DNA of 64,000 bases from Spizellomyces punctatus DAOM BR117 (lineage: Eukaryota), in NCBI GenBank assembly GCA_000182565.2, contig KQ257462.1; one strand, written 5' to 3'. A model generated the notes under the pieces. That model was not told the origin of the DNA and made no database searches. It worked only from the letters and a program-made list of their open reading frames with translations. Positions within the stretch are counted from its first letter, which is position 1, and each line of letters opens with the position of its first letter. This document shows, in pieces, positions 25,386-37,573 of this stretch. The position numbers were made by a program, and so were the translations under genes.

Positions 25386-27258
25386 CTAGAATCCAACAGC
25401 AGGTTGTCGTCGGGGTCGTGTCTTATTCCAATTTCTATAGGAAATAGGGTGAGCAATTTCGCATCAATATTATGAACATTTTTCAATCATCGCAGCCCTT
25501 ACTTGTTAGGATAGCTTGCTGATCCTAAATCCAATGAATTATTAGACTGGTATAATCAAGACATAAGGGAATGACGAAAAAAAAGACTCACCAATAGTGT
25601 CCATTCTCGGCACAAAGCTCCCATATTTAGTCGCCAACTCGCTTCCAGTATGACGACCCCCAAGCCTTCGAGGAATTGCCCAGTCCGGTGGTGGACTAAT
25701 ATTGGGCACATCAAGCGGTGGAAGGTGATTGTGCGGCTGTTGTTGAGGTTCGGATCGTCGTACTTGGCGGGGTTCAGGATTGGTTGGTAGGGGTGGAAGA
25801 CGAGGTGGATGCTGGAGCTCCTTTGGTGGCGAGTGAAGAGTGTTTGATTCTGTTGGTGGTTCCGGCGTGGTGGATTTTGGTGGTTGCGGAGTGGGAAGAT
25901 TGACCGGATGTGACAGATTGGGAACGTTTCCGGGCAATTGCGGGCGGACATGGTGACCATCCCTGGTGATAGCCTCTCTTGAATACCCTCTTCGACATCG
26001 ATAGTCTTTTACATGCCAAGATCCATTTGTGATCGGGTTGGCATCGGATCTGCCTGTTTGTTTCCCGTTTGGAAGAGGCTTCGTGGCATGTGGTGGAGTG
26101 TTGATGACTCGTCCGGTTCTGTCTTGTTGGCGGAGGGTCGAGAGTATTAGTTGCAAGGCCCTCGCCCGTGTGGATGGATAGTCACATACCCGGCTGTAAG
26201 GAACCCAGTCCATATTCTTTATACACTACAAAGTTGTTGACCTGTGGAATATCTACGAAATTGACAGGGTTCGGTCATTCAATGCGTATACCAAGACGCA
26301 ATCTGTGTCAAACAAAACTCTACTCACATTCGTAAAGTCCATAATGCTTTTTTAAGAAGGCTAGCAAGCGAGGAGAAGGGCGGTCATACGCAAGATGGCC
26401 TGGTCTTTGCATTTCAATCTGAGTAGCATCACGAACATGAGGTACACTGACAGCGACTGGATTACCAACCAATAGGTCCTACTCTACCATTAACATATAG
26501 TCAAATAGGCGCTTCCCATATCCTATGGAAAATAGACGTTAAGGAGCTAAGCTATTCCGCACAAGGAGATTAATCCGCTTGCTACTAACCTTTCCGTTGG
26601 TAGGCCTCGTGGACATAAATGTCAAGAACACATAGCGGACTAATCTGAAGATGTCGGCCAAATTCATCCTTGAGATACAAATGTCACCAATTACTTTCGC
26701 AACATTCGCAATCTCCTACAATGTTTTTCCAACATACCATCACGAATAAATTTTTTACTCCAAGCTTGATCATGCCTACGACCTTTGTGTTCGTCCGTCC
26801 AGTCATCATCGCGTGCGGCTCTCCAAATGGATCTGAAGTCCCCAGGACGCCGCTCACAGCAGAGTTGGAACCCGCGCAAACCTCTTCATGCTTCATAATA
26901 TAAATTCGATGATTGGGATTTGATTGAAGCTTGTCGGTTGTCGTCACTGGATGGCGGAGGCCTTGAGCCTGTCACGGTGGATTGTTAACTCTTACAAGTT
27001 TTTGGAGAAGCAGTTGCTCGACCAAGAGATGCTACTTTTGCGCTGGCCACTCCGAGTTCGTCAATTATTTCAATTACTCGTTCTAATCTAAAGAGTGCCA
27101 TGTGATGCTTAGAACCCGCCGACTCGTCATGGCGCTTTTGGGTGTGATGCATCGGCCATCCCCTTGACTTACATGGTCGGATTTCGGGGTAATGTCTCAG
27201 ACATGAAAACTGAGATAGGCTTTCTAAGCACAGTGGAAGCATCGAATTTAAATTCCAT
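25386..27258 (-). CDS. ATAT1: Alpha-tubulin N-acetyltransferase (ATAT1/MEC-17), multi-exon with Pro-rich tail
   Basis: Spliced: MEFKFDAS...IIDELGVASAK|AQGLRHPVTT...VGMIKLGVKNLFV|D...PLCVLDIYVHEAYQRKG|YGKRLFDYML...LAYDRPSPRLLAFLKKHYGL|YIPQVNNFVV. The last exon is uncertain. Confidence 0.92.
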
Positions 27259-27360
27259 GATGCAATCTAAAGGTTGACAGTTGGCAGCCGCCAAGTGACA
27301 ACCAGTATGTTATGGGCGGGATTTGGGCTGACGTGATCACAACAAAAACCTTCAACCTAG

Positions 27361-27434
27361 GGTGCGTGACGGGATTCGAACCCTTGATATTTGGGTTGCC
27401 ATCCCAACAACGACAGCCTGTACAAGCCACAGAC
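27361..27434 (-). pseudogene. Degenerate tRNA-like element (intact B-box/T-arm and anticodon stem, poor D-arm)
   Basis: GTCTGTG...TTGGG-ATGGCAA-CCCAA-ATATC-AAGGG-TTCGAAT-CCCGT-CACGCAC-C (74 nt); T5 run about 12 nt downstream. Confidence 0.5.
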
Positions 27435-27996
27435 AGATGAGGAAGGTGTTGCTGAAAGAAAAATATCCCCCACGCAACTGTGTTGAGATCCTCGTTCTTG
27501 ACCTTTTATTGAAGCAAATCCCCGCACGAGGAAGATTCCATTTCTTTCCGGTGGTTGGTGCAGGTGGGTATTTCGGGTTGTTTTTGTGAATCACAATCGG
27601 GCGAAAGTTTGTGGAGGGTGTATATTGCCGAGGTTGGAGAACTGCTGGAAAAGCGATGCGTTGCGCAGGAATGGAGAGCCATAACGTTGAGGAGGCTGGA
27701 AAGACACATATGCTGATGGAAATTGGAAACTGGGTCGAAGGGCCTCGCACGGGATGGAATCTGGAATTGCAGATCGTGGATGTCATTCTTGGATTCTTGA
27801 CACTCGCCACGAGGTTAGATGGAAGGCGCACATATGTGTCCCTTTAGCGATTTGGATATTGATAGGAACGTGGAACGCACGCATTCTTGACATCTGATCA
27901 TCCTGTGCATGCCTGAAAACCAATCTTGCGCCGTGGTCACTGCTATCATTGAAAGATGACTTATCCGATGGTGTCTTCAACCTAGATCTATTCACT

Positions 27997-28522
27997 ATGA
28001 ACGCAGAAAAGTTGGCAAAGCTGCAGGCGTCTGTCCGTATTGGAGGCAAGGGCACTCCCCGGCGAAAGGTGAAGAAGGTCCACAAGACCGCCGGAACTGA
28101 CGACAAGAAGCTCCAAAGCCAGTTGAAGAAGCTGTCCGTCCAGCCCATTAGCGGTATTGAAGAGGTCAACATGTTCAAGACCGATGGCACTGTCATTCAC
28201 TTTGCCGCCCCCAAAGGTTTGTAACGAATCATACAGACACGACATACATTTTTAGCGTAATGATTTTTTTTTTTTGGCAGTCCACGCCTCCATCGCTGCC
28301 AACACCTTTGTCATCTACGGTGCCGGTGAAAACAAGGAACTCACCGAGCTCGTTCCCGGTATCCTCAACCAATTGGGACCTGACTCGCTCACCAGCCTCC
28401 GGAAGTTGGCTGAGAGCTACCAAGCCGCTCACGCGCACCCCCACGGCAAAGAGGAGGAAGGAGATGATGACGTACCAGAGCTTGTTGAGACCTTTGACCA
28501 GGCTGAAGAGACCAAGGCGTAA
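27997..28522 (+). CDS. EGD1: Nascent polypeptide-associated complex beta subunit (BTF3), 2 coding exons
   Basis: [27 protein letters not shown]...[27 protein letters not shown]...[14 protein letters not shown]...[12 protein letters not shown]. Confidence 0.97.
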
Positions 28523-29773
28523 GACAGTGGAGGCGCATCAAGTATGTGTGGGCCGGCTTCGATTTCATCACCGTGTTTTTGGTTTACTGATGGTGGCGTA
28601 GTTCCTGCAGTGTTTGCAAGAGGAGTGGAATGGTTTCTGTATAGTAGGTCGCGGGGAGCTGCGAATAGCCCGCCAAACTGTGGAAGAGATTGGCCATTGT
28701 TTGTCCATCTGCTGCTATTTTATAAATTAGCTACGATGTTGGGTTAGTTTGCGGGGCCACACCTGTTGATTAGTATGGCTTTTCTTTATAAATATACACG
28801 CCAAAACAAATTGTGCATGGTACACGTTTCTTGGCATAAAACAAAGGCTCATCAAGGGCTATTGCCACTGGTGACGCCGAGAGACACGCGATCATGTGGT
28901 GGGCAGGCAGAGAAACAATTCAACAATAGCAACGCTGAAGGAGTTTACGCACCGAGTTCAACCTGTGTATTGGTCCACTGCGCCGCATTGGGCGTTCAAC
29001 TGGGATTCCAAGGATGATTGCATAAGCCGCACATTCCAAATTCGTGAGCGTTCTTCTCAAGGCTTTTTCATGTCTTGCGTTTGGCCTTTTATTCATGCAA
29101 AGTGCTTACACTTGTGCTTGCAAAAGGTGGGTAACCAAGTCCTTCTGTTGCAGAGGAGGAGACAGAAGATGCTCCATGGGTCCGTCCGTTAAAAAAAAAA
29201 TGAAATCAAGCCCCCATCGCTCCGATGCTCCGATCGTGGTCCGCGCTTTTCTTGTCCTCCTGGGGTGCAAGCCGGGGATCCGGTTTGGCGAGAATTACCA
29301 GAATCCAAGCAAACCAAATGACATAGTAGTAAACAAAAAGGGTCACCCCCTTGGGACACCAAGAAGAGATCAAAAGCGCATTTCTCTCGCTTGGTTTTTT
29401 TGTGTCTGTCGTTTTTCGCCATCATCTCCCCCATCTGCTCATGTGGACGATTCGAGGCCACTGACGAGTGGTATCGTCACTGCAAACCCTTGCGGTGTAT
29501 CCGTTTAGGCACCTACGTAGAGATCGACTAGTCTTTCTGGAGCAACCAACGTTGATTACTTCCCACCGAAACATCCCGACACCAATTGCGAACACGCGCC
29601 ACGTTTTCATTTCCGCAGCACCTTGCAATCACTCCTTGTCTAGCACCAAAGAATATCAAGAGAGGAAAGCCAGGCTTTCTTTGTGTGGAACGTTATTGTG
29701 CAAAGTCCGCGGAGTGTGTGACTTTTTTCATCTCGAAAAGTTGGCACGATTTCAAAATCTCTTGAAAGTGGCA

Positions 29774-32700
29774 ATGGGTGAAGACGATAACAAGGTGGAA
29801 ATTACGGTTGAGAACGTTGAACCTACAGCTTCATTACGGCATAGACCGTGGTGGCTGTTCCGGCGGCGACGAAATGCTGATTCTCCGACCAGCCATGGAC
29901 TCATGACGATAGCCTCAAATGGTCTCCGGGCGAATGATACAGGAACACCGTCATTGCATGAGCGCAGCGATTCAGGCACAGCTTCTTCACGAAATACAAA
30001 TCTTTCAGTGAGCCAACAGAGTAAACGGTTTTTTCGAGAGTTTCTTTTGGGAAAATGGGATGCCTTTGATGACGCTGTGGAGAAGAGATACCAGGATGTC
30101 GTTTTAGCTTCCAACAGACCCGTCATGAAGGTGAGAAGGGAAAGCGAACTTGTCCCGCGAGTTGGCCGATCAGGCTGAAATTGTATTCCTGCGTCCAACG
30201 CCTTTTTTGCAACTACTTTTTCTCACCTGTATAAATCACAGGCAATGGCCATATTGATTCTCATTCACTACGTGTTTCTTCTCTTGAATTTCTACACGAA
30301 TACTGGGTGGGTACATAGTACAATTCTGCCGCGATTCCGGTTTTACTTATTCTACATCTAAGACCAACTAGGGGAACCCTCACAGATCGGTTCACCAATA
30401 TCGCTTTATATGTTGCCATTATCCCCGTTACGATCACCATGCCAATTCTAAGCTTCAGATCGAAGCCATTCCGGCCATGGATCCAACACATTATCGTTTG
30501 CGCCAACGGGTAAGACGACTGCTTGCGGACGACTCTTGTGCACCATCGTAAGACGGTTGATCTCTGTATGGTTCTTTATAGCTGGATATGGGCGTATGTC
30601 CTCTTGGCCAAAAGTGTACTGTGTAAAGCGGGCGCAGAGCCGCCTGAGAAATGCGTTGGATCGCAGACACTGAGCTCTGGGTTAACGCTATATGCAACCG
30701 TTGGTACGTAATGCGGCAGCCCAGTTTTTGCACGTCACAGCGTTAACGCCATCGTACAATATATCTCTATGTTCTTAGGTCCGCTATTTATGCTTGCGGT
30801 TTATAGACTAAACCGAGCCATCTGTCTTGCTGGAGCTGCGGTCTTTCTGGCATTGCTCACTTGGATATTGAGCGCAAGCGTGCGGATGTTATGGCAGAGT
30901 GTCATGTACCTCGCCGGCTTCTATTTATGGTTGGTTCAAAAAAAAATGGCGCATTAACCATGCATCATCTAACGGATTTGATAGGGCGACGTTGATTTCA
31001 TATTGGAGCGAGAGAGTAGATCGAGGTAATGGCTGCTAACGGTTACCTTGGTGACTAGCACTTTCGACTAAATGAGGTTTCCATTTTTCAGATAACTTTT
31101 GTCTTCGTCAAGAGCTGAAAAGCCAAATAGAAGCCACTCGACAGGCTAAAGGTGGTGAAATTCGGGAAGCTGCAAGTAAACGACGGTTTGTTTCTTATAT
31201 TTTCCACGAAATTAGGTAAGTTACTCTCACGATTAAAAGCCTTTTTGAGATAGATTGTTAACCGTGTGTCATGCTTTCTTTTGTAGAGTACCATTCAATA
31301 CCGCGGTTCTAGGCTTTCACAATCTTGAAGATGAAGGCGCTTTTCATAACCTCGATAGCAGCCAACAATCTGTACTAGACGCGATCAAGAGCTCTTTCTC
31401 TATGATGGAGAGCGTTCTAAATGATGTGAGTATCTCCTATCATTGGTGTCCTCTCATGGTGCAGTGCATGTGACCTCGTCATGCATTTGTAGGTACTGGA
31501 CTTTCAGAAAATGGAAGAAGGCCGGTTTGAATTACAGTCTCGACCCTTTGATATCACATCAACCGTGCGATCTGCAGCATATGCTTTTGCGTCAACTGCC
31601 CAGGAAAAAAACATTAATCTACAAATCTCGCTGGACCCGAGAATAGCAACCTCCGGCGGCGGCCAACTCCTTGGTGATGGTATGTAACTTTTGACATTTC
31701 AAGAGGTATGACAATGCTCAGATTCTGTATTCTGTTTGCAGACATCAGATTCCGACAAGTTTTGAACAACTTCGTGTCAAATGCTCTCAAGGTACGCTAT
31801 GTTCTGCTGTCATGATAAATGCAGTACCTCATCGAAATTGGTAGTTTACGCCACGAGACGGTTGTGTTCAGATTGCTACCACTTTGGTTGACATGAATCG
31901 CGACAAGCACGATCTGGCAAAAGACATTGCACATACACCATCATCACTACCTCACAGTCTGACCATTCGAACATCGGTGAAAGATTCGGGCGTTGGTATT
32001 TCGCCTGAAGATCTGCCAAAGATGTTTCAGCCGTACATACAGATCAACAGTTGGAGTACACAGGGCGGAAAAGGGACGGGCTTAGGTATACCTTCAAGTG
32101 CTCATGATTCATCGGCCATTCGTACATCGACTTATTCATATGTGTGATTCAGGTCTGGCAATCTGCAAGCATATTATCCAATTGGCCGGCGGTACATGCG
32201 GTGTCGATTCATCGCTAGATCAGGGAAGCACGTTTTGGTTTGAGGTAACATGGCCGGTCGCCCAAGGTCCTACAATGGTTCGATCTTCAAGTCTTACTTC
32301 GAATCTCCGGAGGCCACCGGAGATCGACAATGAAAAACCCCGTCCGAAACCAGTGCTCCTGGCCAATTCGCTATCCACTTTAGGACATACTGTCGACTTG
32401 GGAGAGCCTCTGGCACCCGCACAATTGCCAGCCCAAGAGGCACAAACACAATCATTGCCGACATCCTCCTCCCCACTGGTGTCGTCACCGCCTTCGCGTG
32501 CTGCAACGCCACAAATGGTACAAGGACACGGCCGCTCACTTCGAGTTCTTATCGTGGACGACGACAAGATAACGCGGATGCTAATGAGCAGACTCTTGAA
32601 CCAAATGGGCCACCGATATGAGAGCGCTGTGGATGGACAGGAAGCCGTTGATATACTGTTTCGAGCGAACGGGACTGGAACGAACGGAACGGCACGCTAT

Positions 32701-33066
32701 TTGCGATTTGACGGGGACGCTCCACCCCCACCCGACGTTACGAATACCTCTGGCGCGATATTATCACTCCATGATCGCGTTGAAATCATTATCGAAAATT
32801 CCGCATCTCGTACAACTTCCCCTTCACAGCCATCAACTCCAGAACCCTTTGATGTTGTACTCATGGACAATCAAATGCCACGACTAACAGGCGCTGAAGC
32901 TGTCGCCGTGTTGAGACGAAATGGCATCCTTGTCCCCGTGGTTGGAATCACCGGGAACGCCTTGAAGGAGGATCAGGATCAGTTTGTCGCAGCTGGTGCG
33001 GACTTGGTCATTACCAAACCGCTAGCCAAAGGCAAACTCATCAGTGCTTTGCAGCTGATTCCGTAG
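29774..33066 (+). CDS. Membrane-anchored hybrid histidine kinase (about 6 TM - HisKA - HATPase_c - REC), multi-exon
   Basis: H-box FVSYIFHEIRVPFN; RIRQVLNNFVSNALKFT; DSGVGI; GTGLGLAICK; GSTFWF; REC domain VLIVDD...VLMDNQMP...TGNA...KPL with an insertion of about 60 aa. Confidence 0.92.
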
Positions 33067-33402
33067 GTGGTGTGGCGGGCTACCTTTTGGATCAGCATCT
33101 AGCCAAAAGAGGGAATCTTGAGCGTCATGGACGGGCCAAATTATTACAGTGTGGGGATTGGGGTAGAATGACAGCATGTAACATATTGGACTTGTTGTGT
33201 CACATTGTAAGAGGGAAACCCATTGGGTATCTTCTTGGTACATATGATTGGACAATTGATTTTTTCCTTAATGAAGTATTATTCATATAGAGTATTGCTT
33301 GGAAAGTTTATATACGGGTTGGGAATGCCCACTGTCCCAATGCCAAGCTTCGTTTGCGGCAACCACACATGAATTATCCTTTCTCACGAGTAATCTATTC
33401 AT

Positions 33403-36400
33403 CTATCTTTTCCGTTCGTAACCATTAACAATGGGCTCGACGACCTAATCACAATACACACATTAGTAAAAACCTACTCAATCCAGGATGCCACAGACAA
33501 CACTTACCGCGTACTCAAGCGGTTGAGGATCCAAACACCTTCTGAAAGCACAGGACTGAATTTCATCAACAAGGTTATTGAACAACCTATCAGCAGTCCA
33601 ATAAAACCCCGTTAGCATCCACGCCTCACAGCCAGAACGCACTCAATCAAAAAAAAAAAAAGAAAAAGCAAGCTGACCTTTCATCTGTACAATATCGCCA
33701 CATGTGCACTTTGAGCACCTCAATGTCAATTTGAATTTGTTGAAACCCAGTGGTGCCCAATGTCACGAGTCGGAGTTCCTCCATGTAGCACTTCAAAAAA
33801 TTTAAAAGGAGAATGAACAACTTGGCATTCAACAACTCTAAGGGGCAACCCACATACCTTGACAACGAGCTTCGAAATGGCAGTCAAAATCGCCGACTTG
33901 CTCAACTCCACCTGCCCATAATACTCAACCCGTTCCGCAAACAACTTATCAATGTGACTTAAAAGGGGATCAAATTTTGCACTGGGTTTGTTTAGCCCTG
34001 CTGCAGACTTGAACGAACTGGTGGACGATGAATTGCGCATGTAAGAGTGGGAGGTGGAACCCGTTCGGGAGTGGCCTGCTGTTGATGGTCTGCTGTTTGC
34101 TCGGGTTGCCTCGGCTACGATATCAGAGAGCTTGTGATTAGCAAAGAGCAGATTCGTAGCTAGACCTAGAGTAGACATACCGGACCGCCCCGGTCCTCGA
34201 TCTCTCCTCGCGAATGAACCATCGTCTTGATATAGTTGGTCAACGTCGTGCTCCATTGCACTCATTCTGTCCAAAACGGCAATCCACGCATCAGATGCAC
34301 CGTTAGCGGTTGTCAGTTTGAGCCAAGGTGTGGTTTGAAGATGGTTCTGTACTACTAGGGTCAAGTCCTGGGCAATTCGTTCTACATAGAGCCTTACTAG
34401 ACGCTGAGGAGACGGACCGGCGTAAATTACGGAGGTAAATTACTATCCAATGTGAGGATGAAACAGACCTGAGCCGCTGTCTTGCAAATACCAGAAATCT
34501 CTCGCGCTCGAGCCATCGTTTCGTGGGACGTCCCAGAGGCTTGAGATCGATTGCCGCCACGGTTCGCATAACCCGGCCCCGCGGCACCTGCGACCGTTCC
34601 ACCGCTAGCGGTCACAACCATCAACTGCGGCCGGCGCATTGATTGGGTGGATATCTGAGCATCGGCGGCATCGCCTTTTCGGGAGAATAAAACATCGGTA
34701 TAGGCGGACATTACGCCCTCTACGGTGCCCAAGGAAAGCTCCAATGCAGAACGGGACATCATCAGAGTTGTGAGTGGTGGAGGTACTGGATCGTTTGAGC
34801 CTTTAGGCGGATTATTAATTGCCTTTTGTGGCATGATAATCGTATTAGCTGGAACTATCCCTTTATGATATCGAAAACTTGCACTCTGACACATCAAACT
34901 TACAATCATGTCCTCGGTAAATGAGAGCCAGAACACGTCTAAACCCCGCTGTATCTGATCCAAAATATCATCCGTTCCAAAAACAGAGTGCTTCATGAAG
35001 TCGATATTGGGACTAATAAATCTCTAGGTATTCAAAAGTCGAAAATCAATAATGGAAAGTCCGGCGCTGTGAATAGGTATCGATTATTTTACCTCGAGAA
35101 TTGGCAAATACTGGTTTATCAACGTATTTTTCATCCATGCGTTCAGATCCTTGATGAATACAGCCAAATCCAGATCCTTGGACTGTTGAATATCTTTATA
35201 CCGATCTACAAGAATAGCATGATTTAGAAACTCCTCAATTAACCCATGAATGATCAGGACAGTCTGCCTACTGAAAAACTCTTTTTTGATCTTGCCAAAA
35301 ACGGCTGTAATAACTTTACTGAGCAATTCAAAAGACATGGCGTTAATCCTCCTGTCCACTTTTCCAACTCGCTTCAATGGCTCCATGTCCTGCACATCCT
35401 TATGAACACGATCCAGAACATGTATATACGAGAGTGGAGATATTTTGGTGATATCATCCTGATAAGCAAGAGGAGGACTTAGATATAAAGATATCAACCA
35501 TTGCTATGCCCATGTTCTTCATACCGGAATATGCAGAAGCCGCTCGATGACGTCGATATAATCCTTAGTGATTGATTCTACAGTGGCTACTAACGCAGAG
35601 CGAACCTCTTCCTGTTGCTACAAGGTGTACAAAGAGATTCAATTTCCAATTCAACACCTCAGTTTCACTGCCATTTTACCTCCGGCGACATCTTTGCAAA
35701 AGCGTTGGGCCTCAAGTCCCCAGTTTTGGTGTCGGGGGACGAAGCATTCTCTTTGGAAGTCAAAAAGAAGGTATAATAGCATTCTACAAAGCTTGCAAAG
35801 TCCCGAACGTAAGTATTGTCGAAATACTGTATCTTCTCCATTGCTAGTTGAACGTCGGATGGCAGAGGTTCTCCCGAAAGCTCAGATGCAGGTTTGGCAT
35901 CTGATATCTGGATATTGTTCATATGCTTCAAGCAGTTGATTTTGATTTGTTTTAGCTGGGCCGTGGCGCTATGCAATTGCAGTTGTGAGAATGAATATTC
36001 ATACGGAAAGCAAACTTTAAAATAGTAGGGCGACTTACGCACGTAGATACGCTCGTGCCAGTTCAACAGGGAACATGGCATTCAATCCTATCAATAATCC
36101 GACGCATTCAGATATCTCTGCTAATGTTGACTACAGTAATGGTATGTATTAGATACCGTAGGTCAGCAGATATAGCAGTGGATGTTCATGTACGCATACC
36201 TGATCACTGTTGAGCTTTTGTTTAATAAGTCGAGCGACCTTATCAATTATCGTGCGGCATTCCTCCTCAATTTTGGAAAACACGGACATATGCCGATATC
36301 GTTCCAGCAGATTCGAAACACGTGAGTAATATCGAACCGCCTGGGCATGTTGACCTTTGTCGACGCATTCGTGTAGGCGGTTTGGAAGTTCAATCACAAA

Positions 36401-37424
36401 GTTGAGCTGCATTGATCAGGTTTTTGTCATCAGGAGAGAATCTTTCGTAATCAGAGCTGCGACTGATCGGTCAAATGCACTGCACCTTTTTAAGTAGGTT
36501 ATCGACGCCGTTAAGTTGGTGCAGCTTTGCCCGCTGATCTTGCAACCCATTGTTTATGGTTGTTGACGAGTCACTGATTTTAGCAATGCTCTTTGAAAGC
36601 TGGTCCATTTCACTTTCCATGTTTTCAACGTTCGTTTTCATCTAATGGACCCATCCATCCAGATCAGATATCCAATCGTGGAGAGCACCACGGTCGCCGT
36701 CAAACCTTTCGTATTGTGTCTGTCGCGCTAATGAACTTGCTGTAGTTTTCGTAAACCAGGGTTTTCATATCACCGTCCAATTGCTTGATTTCTGGGCAAC
36801 CATAACAAGGAAAGCAAGGTGGTCAACCGTTGTGAACACCAGCACATATTTCTTCATGCCCGCACCTGTCCGCACCTGCAACGAGCTCATTGTCGCGCTG
36901 TATCAGATCTGGCAGCGCCATCTCGTTCATCAATTTATTGAGGTGCAGCTCGGCATTGAAGGCATGGTTGTCTATTTAAGAAAAGAGAATTTCATTTAGG
37001 CATCAGTCGAAAGAAACCACTATTTCATTGCGCTCAATCTGTCTCTCTTGAGACATAATCATTAGGCCAAGTTCATCCTCACAGCACAGCGTCCCTTTCT
37101 CGTATAACAAGACGTCAGCCCTAATCCTGCAACGCGTGGTTGACATCTGTTCCATGCCTGGCATGTTGCATTGACGCCATCCGAAGCATCCTATATCCTC
37201 CATTATAGCCACTAACCTATATCCAAGGGATCTGGTGGCTTCTCCTTTTTGATAGTGGCCTGAGGAGCACTCTCCCCTCCAATCCCATAGTACTGCTTCA
37301 GCAGATCTCGCCTTTTCCGCTGACGAGCCGCAGCACGACTCCCATCGCCAGCGTCAGGGGTAGGTCCTCTCGGGGAAGTTGGACTGTGATCTGGCTTTGG
37401 AGATGTCGCTACTGGGGACAGCAT
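33403..37424 (-). CDS. VPS51: GARP/EARP complex subunit Vps51 (Ang2), multi-exon
   Basis: [67 protein letters not shown] motifs. Confidence 0.9.
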
Positions 37425-37573
37425 CTTTTTTGCATATCAAAATGCGTGGGTGCAGGATGGGGGAAGAGCGATGGTGCCCATTGGAAGCCGTAAGCAATGA
37501 CGGTCACGTGTCTAGGCTGACTCACACACCTGCTCACCGTCGCCGCGCGATCTTGCCATCTACTGAGAGTGGG

